The notes below the pieces were generated by a model. That model was given only the letters and a program-made list of their open reading frames with translations, was not told the origin of the DNA and ran no database searches. This document shows positions 1-10,446 of a DNA stretch of 64,000 bases, piece by piece. Source of the stretch: an uncultured Acidimicrobiia bacterium (GTDB lineage Bacteria; Actinomycetota; Acidimicrobiia; Acidimicrobiales; AC-14); assembly GCA_963836205.1 (NCBI GenBank), contig CAWIIV010000012.1, positions 32,001-96,000 of the forward strand, in the 5' to 3' direction. The translations under genes were made by a program, and so were the position numbers. Numbering within the stretch: position 1 is the stretch's first letter; each line of letters opens with the position of its first letter.

Positions 1-318
1 GACCCCGGTGACCCGCCGTTCCGAGTAGATAAGGCGATGAGGCACATCCTCGTCGTCGTCGACGAGGCCCGACGGGCGGCCGGCAATCTGAAGCTGGCTT
101 CGGTCGAAGGTCGCGCCATCCGAGCCGAGCTCCTCGACACTGCGGGCGACGTCGTTATGAGCCGGGCGTCCGAGAACGGCGGTGACCACGAATCCGTCGA
201 GTTCGATATCCGCACGCTCGAGGCGGGTACCTACGTCCTCCGGCTCGGGCCCGACAACAAGCAGGATCCCGATTTCGCAAGGAGCCTCAACGTCGAGGTC
301 CTTCCGACATTCGGCTGA
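1..318 (+). CDS. 3' end of a hypothetical protein (beta-rich C-terminal domain), open from the window edge
   Basis: Frame 1 is open from position 1 to TGA at 316-318; contains LEAGTYVLRL, typical of Ig/PPC-like beta-sandwiches. Confidence 0.5.
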   Translation, partial: DPGDPPFRVDKAMRHILVVVDEARRAAGNLKLASVEGRAIRAELLDTAGDVVMSRASENGGDHESVEFDIRTLEAGTYVLRLGPDNKQDPDFARSLNVEVLPTFG

Positions 319-764
319 GCGACCATACGAGGGCGGCCAGCTTCGACGGCGACGGTCTAGTCGACCTGGCGCCCGCCGACGAGTCGGGGACGATTCACGT
401 GCTCCCAACAACGGCCGAAGGGACTCACCGCTGGCACCGATGCTGCGCTGTGCCAACGCAACCCGGGCCGTCGGGGGGCGGCGGCTGACCGCGGCGTTGA
501 CGTCGACAACGACGTCGTGGTAACCGGTCGCAAGTCCTCGCCGACCCCACAATCAATCGCTCCCGGCACGGCGCGGTGGCCGTGCACTTGAGCGACGGCA
601 AGGGGTTTGCAGGCGCAGGCCATGGTCTCGACGGCGAGGAGCAGCCCCGCGTCTTTGTCTCGGGCGTTGTTCTGGGGCACCCCGGAGGGCCCGGAAGGGC
701 GCCCGCACGGCAGTTCGCGACTGGCGTCACCCCAGCGGGGCCTATGAATCGAGCAGTGCCGCCG

Positions 765-1733
765 TCATTCAAGCTCGCGACGTAGTAGCGGCGACACGTT
801 GCGAATCGTTACCCGTCCGCCGAAGTAGGCGTTGACGGTGATCAAACCCCGGCTTTCGAACGGCATCATCAGGGCCTCGGCCACGATCTGCGGGACGTCT
901 TCAGCTTTCGCCAGGTCAGCTAGCTCGAACGACGTCGCCGGATCGTTCACGAGGTGGGCAACAAGTCTCTCCTGCACATCTCCAAGCTCGGGCTGCGCGG
1001 TAGCGAGGTACCTCAACAGTCCGCTCCACGACGGCTTGACGTAGAAGTACCGTCCGCCGTGCACCTCACGTGCCTCGTCGACCAGGCCCTCCGCATCGAG
1101 CGCGTGCACCGACTCACGGACAGCGACATCATCGAGTCCGGATGGCGCGCAGCGGACTGTGAGTTCCTCTCCCGGCACAAGGCGATGCCCCTGTGCGATT
1201 GACGCTTCAGCCAGCGCCACGAGAACAATTGAGTCCGACGCGGTGAGGCCAGGCACCGGATCGCGACGCGCGTAGGCGGGCGGGTCCCCTAAGGGCGGCC
1301 GACTGCTGATGCCGAAGATCGCGGCGAGGATGCGCCGGTACTCCTCCTCGTACGAGTCCACGTCAGCGAGGGGCTGCCAGACCGTCGCCTTGAGGGCGAC
1401 TGGGACCTGGACTCCATCCAGCACCACCGGAATCAGCTTGCAAGCGCCCTCAATTCGCTGGACGACTCCGGCATTCAGCTCCTCGCGCACCCATGGCTTG
1501 TCAATCGAATTCCCGGACAGCACGACGAGGAATACGTCTGCACCACCGATGCCCTCTTCGAAGATGCGACTCACGAGGCTGTCGCCGGGCGCCATCTCCC
1601 ACTTGTCCAGCCACGCATCCACACCGTCGCCTCGGAGACGTTGAGCGAAGGCGAGCACGAAGCGATCCTTGTCCTCGCTCGCGTGGCTGACGAAGACCTT
1701 CGGAGCCGAATGCGCGGTGTCCGATTCGGCCAT
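765..1733 (-). CDS. TIR (TIR_2) domain protein with C-terminal putative winged-helix region
   Basis: N-terminal VFVSHASEDK...AWLDKWEMAPGDSL...FLVVLSGNSIDKPWVREEL is a classic bacterial TIR with the catalytic Glu. Confidence 0.88.
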   Translation of the reverse strand: MAESDTAHSAPKVFVSHASEDKDRFVLAFAQRLRGDGVDAWLDKWEMAPGDSLVSRIFEEGIGGADVFLVVLSGNSIDKPWVREELNAGVVQRIEGACKLIPVVLDGVQVPVALKATVWQPLADVDSYEEEYRRILAAIFGISSRPPLGDPPAYARRDPVPGLTASDSIVLVALAEASIAQGHRLVPGEELTVRCAPSGLDDVAVRESVHALDAEGLVDEAREVHGGRYFYVKPSWSGLLRYLATAQPELGDVQERLVAHLVNDPATSFELADLAKAEDVPQIVAEALMMPFESRGLITVNAYFGGRVTIRNVSPLLRRELE

Positions 1734-1969
1734 GCCCCTATCGTGGCATGCACTCGAGGACCAACTACGGAGACGTCCAAGGTCGAGCGGAACATCATCC
1801 GCCCATCAGCTCTCTCGAGCCCATGTCGCTCATGCACTGGCTGCCGCCGCACCCCGGAACTACGGAAGCCAGTGGCGAGCGGACGCCGCCCCTAGCGGTC
1901 ATACTCGTCACTGCGGCGGAAGTCCCTTCGCGGCTGCGTGAGGCAGTGTTTCGGGGGTTAGGGGTCTGA

Positions 1970-3568
1970 GTGCGTTCTCGCGGTCGTGTTGCGAGCTGTG
2001 GGGCAGCGGTGCTCCTGGTCCTGTCCGTCCTAACCTTCGAGGCTCCCTCCGCTGCCGCCACAGCGAGGCGCGCCGTGCTCCGTTTTGGGTTCGTCGACGG
2101 GGCCAAGACCGGGAACGAGTCGCCGTCCACTCACAGCGCGAGCTACATCGACGACGGCATTCAGTGGGACATCTATGGCTCGGCCGGTAGTGGGGTTCGG
2201 CCCGCCTTCTACTCGTCCGACGGCGCCGTCTCCCTATCGGTCTCCGACGGAGGAGATGTTCGATCCGGCGCCGTCGGGAACGGAGCGGGTCGAATCGCTA
2301 ATGTCGCCGTGCGTGTCGACGGCGTTCAGGTCGGCGTAGTCCGCTTCATGCACCTCGTTTCAGTTGCGGTCGGGCCAGGCTCACCCGATTCCTCCCTCGG
2401 CCCCCTTCCACCCAGCACGCGGTACGACGGCTGTTACGGGTGGCCCTGCTCGGCTAGTTGGGCGGTGCCGTCGCCGGCCGGGATCCACACTCATCTCGAC
2501 ATTGACCACGGCTGCTACCGGAACGTCGGCGTGAACACCGCGCTGGCCGTGGGTGAGCCGATCGCGATGCTGTCTTCAGCGTTCCCGAAGGAGAACCAAA
2601 GCGCTTGTGACCTTGCCGAGATGCAGGCTGTGAACACGGTCGCCGGCGGAAAGCTCGTCATCGCCGGGCTCAACACAAGTCTGCCCGCCGGCTCGAACAA
2701 CGTGTTCGTCCGCAAGCAGCTCGACACCAACGGGAACTGGCAGTCGAGCTGGACTTCCCTGAGTGGCTCCTTCACCGACCTCGACGTGGCGTCGTCTGCT
2801 GGGAAGGCGTCAATCGTGGCCATCAAGAGCGGCGCCGCTCCTGGCACCAACAACGTCTACGTCCGCGCCGAGCTCGACACCAACGGGAACTGGCAGGGTG
2901 GCTGGACCGCCCTGTCGGGCTACATGACGAAGGTGGCCACCGCCGTCGACAGCAGCGGAAAGCTCGTCATCGCCGGGCTCAACACAAGTCTGCCCGCCGG
3001 CTCGAACAACGTGTTCGTCCGCAAGCAGCTCGACACCAACGGGAATTGGCAGTCGAGCTGGACTTCCCTGAGTGGCTCCTTCACCGACCTCGACGTGGCG
3101 TCGTCTGCTGGGAAGGCGTCAATCGTGGCCATCAAGAGCGGCGCCGCTCCTGGCACCAACAACGTCTACGTCCGCGCCGAGCTCGACACCAACGGGAACT
3201 GGCAGGGTGGCTGGACCGCCCTGTCGGGCTACATGACGAAGGTGGCCACCGCCGTCGACAGCAGCGGAAAGCTCGTCATCGCCGGGCTCAACACAAGTCT
3301 GCCCGCCGGCTCGAACAACGTGTTCGTCCGCAAGCAGCTCGACACCAACGGGAACTGGCAGTCGAGCTGGACTTCCCTGAGTGGCTCCTTCACCGACCTC
3401 GACGTGGCGTCGTCTGCTGGGAAGGCGTCGATCGTGGCCATCAAGAGCGGCGCCGCTCCTGGCACCAACAACGTCTACGTTCGCGCCGAGCTCGACACCA
3501 ACGGGAACTGGCAGGGTGGCTGGACCGCCCTGTCGGGCTACATGACCAAGGTGGCCACCGCCAACTGA
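1970..3568 (+). CDS. Secreted protein with a C-terminal repeat-built beta-propeller (lectin-like)
   Basis: Signal peptide, then three 103-aa repeats, each with two Trp-rich blades (NVFVR..LDTNGNWQ..WT.LSG). Confidence 0.75.
   Translation: MRSRGRVASCGAAVLLVLSVLTFEAPSAAATARRAVLRFGFVDGAKTGNESPSTHSASYIDDGIQWDIYGSAGSGVRPAFYSSDGAVSLSVSDGGDVRSGAVGNGAGRIANVAVRVDGVQVGVVRFMHLVSVAVGPGSPDSSLGPLPPSTRYDGCYGWPCSASWAVPSPAGIHTHLDIDHGCYRNVGVNTALAVGEPIAMLSSAFPKENQSACDLAEMQAVNTVAGGKLVIAGLNTSLPAGSNNVFVRKQLDTNGNWQSSWTSLSGSFTDLDVASSAGKASIVAIKSGAAPGTNNVYVRAELDTNGNWQGGWTALSGYMTKVATAVDSSGKLVIAGLNTSLPAGSNNVFVRKQLDTNGNWQSSWTSLSGSFTDLDVASSAGKASIVAIKSGAAPGTNNVYVRAELDTNGNWQGGWTALSGYMTKVATAVDSSGKLVIAGLNTSLPAGSNNVFVRKQLDTNGNWQSSWTSLSGSFTDLDVASSAGKASIVAIKSGAAPGTNNVYVRAELDTNGNWQGGWTALSGYMTKVATAN
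2646..3562 (+). repeat. Three near-identical tandem 309-bp intragenic repeats
   Basis: Units start at 2646, 2955 and 3264 (GCGGAAAGCTCGTCATCGCC); only a few synonymous differences. Confidence 0.95.
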
Positions 3569-3725
3569 CGGCGACCCTGTCCGTGGCCCCGGCTCGTGGA
3601 GCAGTAGTGTCCGGCCGACCGGGCCGCTGGCGGAGGTGCCTGATGGGCCAATTCGTACGCTCACCCAGTTCCGAATCCGATGAGCGCAGGACATCTGATC
3701 CGGGACCCGCAGTCGCGTCCGACGA

Positions 3726-4579
3726 GTGACGAGCAGACATGGGCCATCCGAAGCCCGACACGCGCCACGTTGGCTCTTGACGGCGGCAATAGTCGTCCTT
3801 GCCACGAGCTGCGGTCAGGGCGGGGATGTTGACGCGGGACCAGGGGGGATCGATGGCAGCCGGGAGGCTTCATCCCTACCTGGGAACGGTCAGCCCTCGG
3901 CCACCTGCGAGGTCTTGCCCAGCGGGCCGGCGACCGACGGGTCTGAGATCCTCGGCGACGCAGCGCCGGAAGGCTACGAGGTCATCGGCCAGCAGGCTCA
4001 GACGGTGCCGCCGGGCGACTCGGCCACGTTCCCCGTCCGTTTCGAAGGAGAGCCCGCCGCCGTCCTGTGGGTCCTCCCCGGCGGCGAGGGCATCACGCCG
4101 AGCTACGAGAGCGCAGAGTTCAGCGACGACGAGCTGTTCGGGGCCACGGCCGCCGTCGCCGCCGTCCCGCCCCAACGGACGGTCAGGTGGTCGTGCGCAA
4201 TGGGACCGGGAGCGCCGAGGACATCTCCGTGATCGTCTTCGGCCGAACCGGCCGGCGGCTGTCGATCGAGAGCGAACGTAGCGAAGCCGCAGCTCATGAG
4301 TCAGTTGCGGTCATGGTTCGACTTGGCGAAGCGACCGCCACGGACGCGCCGTGTGCTGCGGTCACAAGAGGCGGCGCGATCTTCGCCACCCTCGCCCTCC
4401 AGCCCGACGGCGTCGGCATCTGGCGGTCGACCTTCCGCCCAGACGCCGTCGGCGACTACGCGTTGGTGGCCTGGGTCGGAGGCGAGCGCCCTCGTCGGTC
4501 GGCGTCGGCCCTCGTGTCGGTCGGGACAGGCTCGCCCCGGGACGAGCCCACGACCGCGCCACCAGCCAAGGGGGACTGA
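3726..4579 (+). CDS. Lipoprotein (frameshift near 4165-4175), paralogous to the central Ig-like region of the 1132-aa hydrolase
   Basis: Lipobox LATSC; ORFs 3726-4232 and 4067-4579 join into one protein that aligns with the central part of ORF 5184-8582. Confidence 0.65.
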
Positions 4580-4580
4580 C

Positions 4581-5114
4581 GTGACCGTCCCCCGCTCGAC
4601 GGGCGCGGCATTTGGCGGCGCAACCGCGGTCGTCGTGGCAGGGGTCCTGGGTGCTTGCCTGGGTTGGTGGGCGGTCAGGTTCGTTCCCCCGACGACATCC
4701 GAGGTGCGTGCCGCGGCCCAATCCCTCGTGCCTCCCGGCTTCACCATCAAGTCCAGCAGCGCCGGGTACCTCTCTGGCCCCCCGACAAGAGGGCCGTATG
4801 GAGTCGGGATCGAGATGGAGAGTGCGGGCACCGTTGACGAGCGTGTGCAGGCAGTCCGTGCCCAGGCCCGGGCCAAGGCCTGGAAGACGGTCTCGACCGA
4901 GAACTTTCCCAACGCCGTCACCCTCAGTTTCGAGCGCAAGGGGATCGACGCGCAGGTCGATGTGCGACTCAGCAGCACCAGCTCGTTCGTCGGGACCAGC
5001 CGCCAGTCCGAGCCTGACTGGCGACTGAAGCTGCTGTGCGCCTCTGGCGCCGCCGCCTTGACCATGGGCCTATGGCTCCTCGTGAGGCGCGTATTTCTCG
5101 CTCACCGCACCTAA
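4581..5114 (+). CDS. Membrane protein with two TM segments
   Basis: GTG at 4581 directly after the upstream stop; hydrophobic N- and C-terminal helices. Confidence 0.6.
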   Translation: MTVPRSTGAAFGGATAVVVAGVLGACLGWWAVRFVPPTTSEVRAAAQSLVPPGFTIKSSSAGYLSGPPTRGPYGVGIEMESAGTVDERVQAVRAQARAKAWKTVSTENFPNAVTLSFERKGIDAQVDVRLSSTSSFVGTSRQSEPDWRLKLLCASGAAALTMGLWLLVRRVFLAHRT

Positions 5115-5183
5115 GCCTTCACCCACAGCGTCCGGGAAGGCCTTGTCAGGCCCCTGATGCACCCGTACTCTCGGCCGTAGCGG

Positions 5184-8100
5184 TTGCCGGTGCGGCGACC
5201 ACGGCGAAACGGAGTCCAGGTGGCGGAGCGGCGACGCGTCTCGACGGGGCGGCACGGGCAACGACGGCTGGCGACGAGGGCGCTCGCCATCCTCATGGGA
5301 GTCCTGGCTGCGCAGGCCACACCTGCCCTCTCGTCTGCTGCATTGGCGCAGGTATCAGCCGGGGAGCGGCCGCCGGTTCGGTCGGTCCAGGCTGGGGCGT
5401 CAGGGCTCGCCGCAGCGGCGGCTGGCCCGGGCGAGACGGATGTCTACCTCGATCAAGGAGGCAACGCCGTCTATCGGGTCGACGACGGCTACAACCTCGA
5501 CCAATACCTCGGCCGGAGCGAGAGCCCGATCAACTTCTCCATCGACCTCAACCGCGACCTTGGACCCGTGGACAGCACCGGCCACCCGGTCGCCGGAAAC
5601 GCCCTCTTCGGCAAGACCGCCCGTATCAGCCTGCGCGCCTTCGATGTCGACGACAAGACCGTGGTGTCAGGGGTTGCCTCCGAACGTGACCTCACCACCG
5701 TGAACGGGGAGATTCTCGAGAGCCCGCTGGCTGGTGCTGACAACCAGTGGAACATCAACACCCTGCGCTTTTCAGCCAACGAACTGCGGCTGCCGACCCC
5801 GTCGAACCCGACGGGGCGCAACGACTTCGAGGTGCTGGTCGATACCGCGAACTCGGGAGCCGACGTCTGGAAGGTGGAGGTCGACTGGGCCGAGCTTCGT
5901 CTGTCGACCGAGGTCGTGCCGATCGCGATGGTCCACGGGTACAACGGTGCCGCAGCCGACTTCACCGCGGGGAGCCGCCTCCTACCCTTCTACGAACGCT
6001 TCGTCCCCGGGCTCGACGGGCGGGCGATCGCCACGGCCGGGTCCAGGCGGGGCAGCATCCAACAGAACACCCAGGTGCTCGACGACGCGATCTCCGACCT
6101 TCTGCGCAGCTCGGGAGCCGACCGCGTCAACCTGCTGGCCCATTCCAAGGGTGGCCTGGAATCTCGGCTCTTCATATTCGACCACCCCGACAAGGTCGAC
6201 AAGCTGGTCATGCTGGGGACCCCCAACGGGGGCACCAAGCTGGCGGACATCGCCTGTGCCTTCGGCGCGCAGATCTTCGGCATCCCGACCAACCCCGTCG
6301 GCGTCATCGTCAAGAGTCAGTTCGGGAACTGCAACGGTCCCCAGGACGGGCTCTACCAACTGCAGCCCTCCTACGTCCTGAAGACGTTCAACAAGAACAC
6401 ACCTGACCAGCGTCAGGTCTTTTACGGCACGATCGCCGGAACCAAGAACGGCCCGGCGAGCGCCCTGCTCGACTCCCCCGACAACGACAGCTTCGTGACC
6501 GTCGGCAGCGTCGAGTACCTCAGCCGCGACGACCCCGCCCACCGCGGCCTCCACAACCCGTTGGACCTGTTCTTTGTGAACCACAGCGGTCTCATCGTCG
6601 ACAGCAACCCACCTGGCACGCGGGCCATGTGTGTGCACTACGAATCGACGTGCGGCGTTGCCGGAGTGTCGGCAAACGTCGCGGCATCCGGACCGGCCCC
6701 GGTGACGGCCGCCGCGAGCGTCTCGTTCGAGACCGCCGCGGCCAAGGCGGCTACGGTGCCGGCGGCCGGCGGTTCCGTCGACGTGGCGCTCAGCTTCGAG
6801 TCGGCCAGTCGGGCGCTGATCACAATCGTCGGAAGCGGTGCTGGCGGCGGGCTCGGGGGCTCCTTCGGATCGACGCCGCTGGAGGTGACGGAAGTCCTCG
6901 GGATACCCGTCCTTGCCGCCACTCTGACCGCGCCCGCGAACGGTTCGCTCCGCCTCACCAACACGACCGGGAGCCCTATCGACGCCGCGGTGATCGTCGC
7001 ACCGGAAACCCAGCGGCGAATGGCCGTGGCCGCCACGCCCAGCTTGGTCCCATCCGGCCAGCCAGTCACGATCGCCGCCAGCGTCAGCGATGCGGTCCCG
7101 ACCGACGCGCCTCGGGTGCAGGTACGGGACGAGTCCGGGGCAGTGGTGGCCGACGCCACGGGGACGAACGGGACGATCAACCTCACGTTCACGCCTCCCC
7201 ACGGCGGCGCCTACCTGGTGGTGGCGGAGGTTGACGGTCCCCGTCCACGTCGGGCAACGGACACCTTCGCCGTCGCCGCCGGTGGGGCCAGCATCGCCGG
7301 CGGCTTCACCGAGGCGACACCGGACGACAACGGCAATGGCCTCGCCGACGCACTGGTCATACGGACGACCGCCAACGCGACGACACCGGGGCCGTACCGC
7401 GTTGCCGCTCGTCTGGTCGACGCCAACGGGATGCCGGTGACCGCAACCGGGGTGCGAGTGAACCTCGTAGCGGGGGCGCAATCGGTGGAGCTGCGCTTCG
7501 ACGGCAAGGCGATCTACGACTCCGGGCTGTCCGGTCCCTACCGGGTCGTCGATGTCGCCCTCAGCCGCGACGACGCCAGCCTCACCCAGGAGCAGCAGGT
7601 CGCCCTCCTGGGCACGACGACTGCCTACGACTATCGGCAGTTCGAGCACTTCCAGGTCGAGATCGACCGCGATGGCTTCTCCGACCGTGGCATCGACACC
7701 AGCGGCGACGGCCAGTTCGACGTCCTGGAAGTGACGGGCCACGTCCGAGTGGACGGAGGCGGAGCGCATGCTGTCAACGCCAGGCTGGTGGCATCCAACG
7801 GCACCGAGGTCGGACGGTTCCAGGCAGAAGCGTCGTTCGTCGCCGGGTCGAACACCGTCACCCTGACGTTCCCGTTCCAGGCGATCCGGGCGGTCGGTCT
7901 CGACGGGCCGTACACCGTGGAGGATCTCTCGATCTACCCCTTGGCCGACGCTGACAGGCTCGGCTACCTCCTGACCGCCCACGTCACCCAGCCTTACCGG
8001 CTGGCACCGCCGGCGTCGTCGTGCCGGGCAGCGGTGATCCGGGTCGGCGGTGCCAGCATCTTGAACATCGGAGGCTCCACCGCGCTGGAGCTGGTCCCGG

Positions 8101-8582
8101 CCAATGCCGCGTACGACCCCTGTGCGACCGCTACAGCCGGCTTCCCTGGCCTGACCGCTGGGGCTGTGGTCCTCGACCTGCCACTGGCGACGACGACGAG
8201 CGGTCCCGGAAGTGGAGCGGCGACCGCGTCGGTCGCGAATGTGAGGGTCCGGGGTTTGCTCGGGCTCGACGTCCGGGTGACCGGGCCGGTCCATGCCGAG
8301 GTCGATGCACGGTGCACCAATGGCGTCCCAGCGCTCTCAGGATCGTCCTCCGTGGGCAGGGTTGTGATCGCTGGCATCGCTCTAGTGCCGGTTGGCACCG
8401 ACCCGTTCCAGCTCCCCGTACCTGGTCTCGGGACGATCTACTTCAATCAGCACGAACGCTCGACGAACGGGTCGACGGTGGACGACACCATCACCCAGAG
8501 AGCGGTCTTCTTCGACTCCACGACCCCACTCCTGCCCGATCTCGTGGTCGGTCAGGTCACCGCCTCGGTGCGGAACTGCTGA
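5184..8582 (+). CDS. Large secreted alpha/beta-hydrolase (lipase/PGAP1-like) with Ig-like and Ca-binding repeat domains
   Basis: Signal peptide; MVHGYNG oxyanion motif, AHSKGG nucleophile elbow, LGTPNGGT, DSFV, NHSGL; DDNGNGLAD and DTSGDGQFD loops. Confidence 0.82.
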   Translation: MPVRRPRRNGVQVAERRRVSTGRHGQRRLATRALAILMGVLAAQATPALSSAALAQVSAGERPPVRSVQAGASGLAAAAAGPGETDVYLDQGGNAVYRVDDGYNLDQYLGRSESPINFSIDLNRDLGPVDSTGHPVAGNALFGKTARISLRAFDVDDKTVVSGVASERDLTTVNGEILESPLAGADNQWNINTLRFSANELRLPTPSNPTGRNDFEVLVDTANSGADVWKVEVDWAELRLSTEVVPIAMVHGYNGAAADFTAGSRLLPFYERFVPGLDGRAIATAGSRRGSIQQNTQVLDDAISDLLRSSGADRVNLLAHSKGGLESRLFIFDHPDKVDKLVMLGTPNGGTKLADIACAFGAQIFGIPTNPVGVIVKSQFGNCNGPQDGLYQLQPSYVLKTFNKNTPDQRQVFYGTIAGTKNGPASALLDSPDNDSFVTVGSVEYLSRDDPAHRGLHNPLDLFFVNHSGLIVDSNPPGTRAMCVHYESTCGVAGVSANVAASGPAPVTAAASVSFETAAAKAATVPAAGGSVDVALSFESASRALITIVGSGAGGGLGGSFGSTPLEVTEVLGIPVLAATLTAPANGSLRLTNTTGSPIDAAVIVAPETQRRMAVAATPSLVPSGQPVTIAASVSDAVPTDAPRVQVRDESGAVVADATGTNGTINLTFTPPHGGAYLVVAEVDGPRPRRATDTFAVAAGGASIAGGFTEATPDDNGNGLADALVIRTTANATTPGPYRVAARLVDANGMPVTATGVRVNLVAGAQSVELRFDGKAIYDSGLSGPYRVVDVALSRDDASLTQEQQVALLGTTTAYDYRQFEHFQVEIDRDGFSDRGIDTSGDGQFDVLEVTGHVRVDGGGAHAVNARLVASNGTEVGRFQAEASFVAGSNTVTLTFPFQAIRAVGLDGPYTVEDLSIYPLADADRLGYLLTAHVTQPYRLAPPASSCRAAVIRVGGASILNIGGSTALELVPANAAYDPCATATAGFPGLTAGAVVLDLPLATTTSGPGSGAATASVANVRVRGLLGLDVRVTGPVHAEVDARCTNGVPALSGSSSVGRVVIAGIALVPVGTDPFQLPVPGLGTIYFNQHERSTNGSTVDDTITQRAVFFDSTTPLLPDLVVGQVTASVRNC

Positions 8583-8603
8583 GACCTCACCCATCCGCGA
8601 GGG

Positions 8604-8873
8604 CGGCGCAAGAAGGACGGCAAGGACCAGGGCGCCGTGTTCGTCAACGTGGTGGCCTACGGCGGCCAGGCGACGGCGTCGAACGACTACTTGACCAAGG
8701 GCCGCCAGGTCGCCATCAGCGGCCTCCTCGAGTACCGGGAGTGGACCGGCGGCGACGGCAGCCCCCACTCCATGCACGAGGTGGTGGCAGACCACGTCGA
8801 GTTCCTCGCCTAGGTCAACGGCACCAGCTCCGCACCGGCTCCCGACGCCGAGCCGGGCGAGGAGCCCTACTGA
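8604..8873 (+). pseudogene. ssb: 5'-truncated ssb remnant with premature TAG at 8811
   Basis: Nearly identical to 15082-15351 (RRKKDGKDQGAVFVNVVAYGG...); CAG changed to TAG. Confidence 0.9.
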
Positions 8874-8930
8874 GACGGGCCCCGGCGGTGGGCGGGGCGC
8901 CCCGGCGCCCCGCTCATCGCGTGGTCCGAG
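8604..8930 (+). repeat. 327-bp direct repeat, copy A (copy B at 15082-15408)
   Basis: Direct sequence comparison: ssb 3' part plus downstream GC-rich hairpin. Confidence 0.92.
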
Positions 8931-9481
8931 CCAGATTGAGTAGTACCTGATGAGCAGGGAAAGACGCTACGGGCGGATGGCATCGGACAGCGGGCCGGGC
9001 CGACGATTGCCTGCTCTTGGCCCACCCGTAGGTGGAGGGGGCGACCCCTGGCGCTCTGCAAGGCGCATATTTGAGATGACACTGGAGGTTGAGCGGGTGA
9101 GCGCGTCGGCGGAGATGGAGGCGGCAGCGCCGCCTATGCGAAAGCGGTTCGCAACCTTCTGTCGCAGCCAGGCCCGGGGCCGAGCCGAGCCCGGGTGCTC
9201 CTCCGCAGCCGACGCGCTGGCCGATGGCGCCGAAGCGCTGCTAACGCTTTCCGACGCTGTGACGGAAGCGGCTCCCGGCTCCAGGTGGATCTGCAGTCCG
9301 TTGAACCCGACGTCCGCGACGACTCAGGGAGGAGGACCTCCGACCACATTCTCAGCCATTCAAGAAGTCTGAAGAGTTCGTTCACACGAAACTAAGGGTG
9401 TTTTGAACAGATGGGAGTTCCGCGGCGCTCAACAGGTCCCAGGGATCCTCTAGACTCTGGCAGCACTCTGAAGTCTGCCGC

Positions 9482-10355
9482 ATGGTTCTACCGCTCCCTT
9501 GGAGCCATTTAGTCCCGTCGGCATCCCTCGCTGCGCTTGGTTATCGGATAGGATGGAAGCGTACTGATGTTCTAGCGTGTTCCTTGGGTTTCGATGCTGC
9601 CGTCCTGGACTTCTCGCCCCAGGATTATATTCTGCGGAGTGCCGATCTACTTCTTCCGCCTCTAGGAATTGTAGCCGTTGGCTTGCTCATTTTGATATTG
9701 GTTCATCTCGCCATCATTAAACACACCAACCACGGACGACACATGACGCTGTTTCGACTTAGCGCCCTCGTGATGGTCATCGGCGGGAGTATTCTTGTCG
9801 GTCGCCTTCGCTTTCGTCCTGCCGTTCCTTGACGGGTATGCGCGTTTTCGCCATACCGGCGAGCCAGAAGTGTCCCCCAACTATACGCCGCTCCTTGCGA
9901 CTGTCCTCGGCGTCCTAGCAGCGTGTTACGGTTGCGTTTTGCATCGCCGGTTGAGCCCCAATGCGCCGGTCTGGCGCGACGCTCGCGCGGCTGCCTGGAT
10001 GGTTTTCCCCGCTCTTTGTCTGATCGGGCTGCTTTCGCTGTTGACTATTACGGAAATCTATGCTGCCACAGCGGCACACCGCCAGGCCCACGCGCTGCGA
10101 ACTCGCCCGGGTGCACTCGAATCGGTAGTTGTAACGAGTAAGAACCGTCTTGGCCTCTTTAGAGATGGGATGGGCGAGGAGTACTTTGGCAGCGCCTCGG
10201 ACGGCCCGTCGGACTTCAAGTACCGGTACTCCGGGTTGCGATTGGTAATACGATCCGGGCCGACGTTTGTCTTGCTCCCAGAAGACGGTCGGAAAGAGGA
10301 CCCGACAGTAGTCGTACCAACGGCGGATAGTAGTATTAGAGTCGATTTCGGATAG
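9482..10355 (+). CDS. Multi-TM hypothetical membrane protein (frameshift near 9800), lower-GC cargo
   Basis: ORFs 9482-9832 and 9795-10355 are consecutive and hydrophobic; LGFD..VLDFSPQDYILRS and C-terminal YRYSGLRLV motifs. Confidence 0.55.
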
Positions 10356-10446
10356 TGCCGTGCATTCGCTGGCCAAAAAGCGACGGGCCCGTCGTCATCT
10401 CGAGTCCCATCGGCGACCAGTCATTGCCGGCCATGCTCAACTAGTC

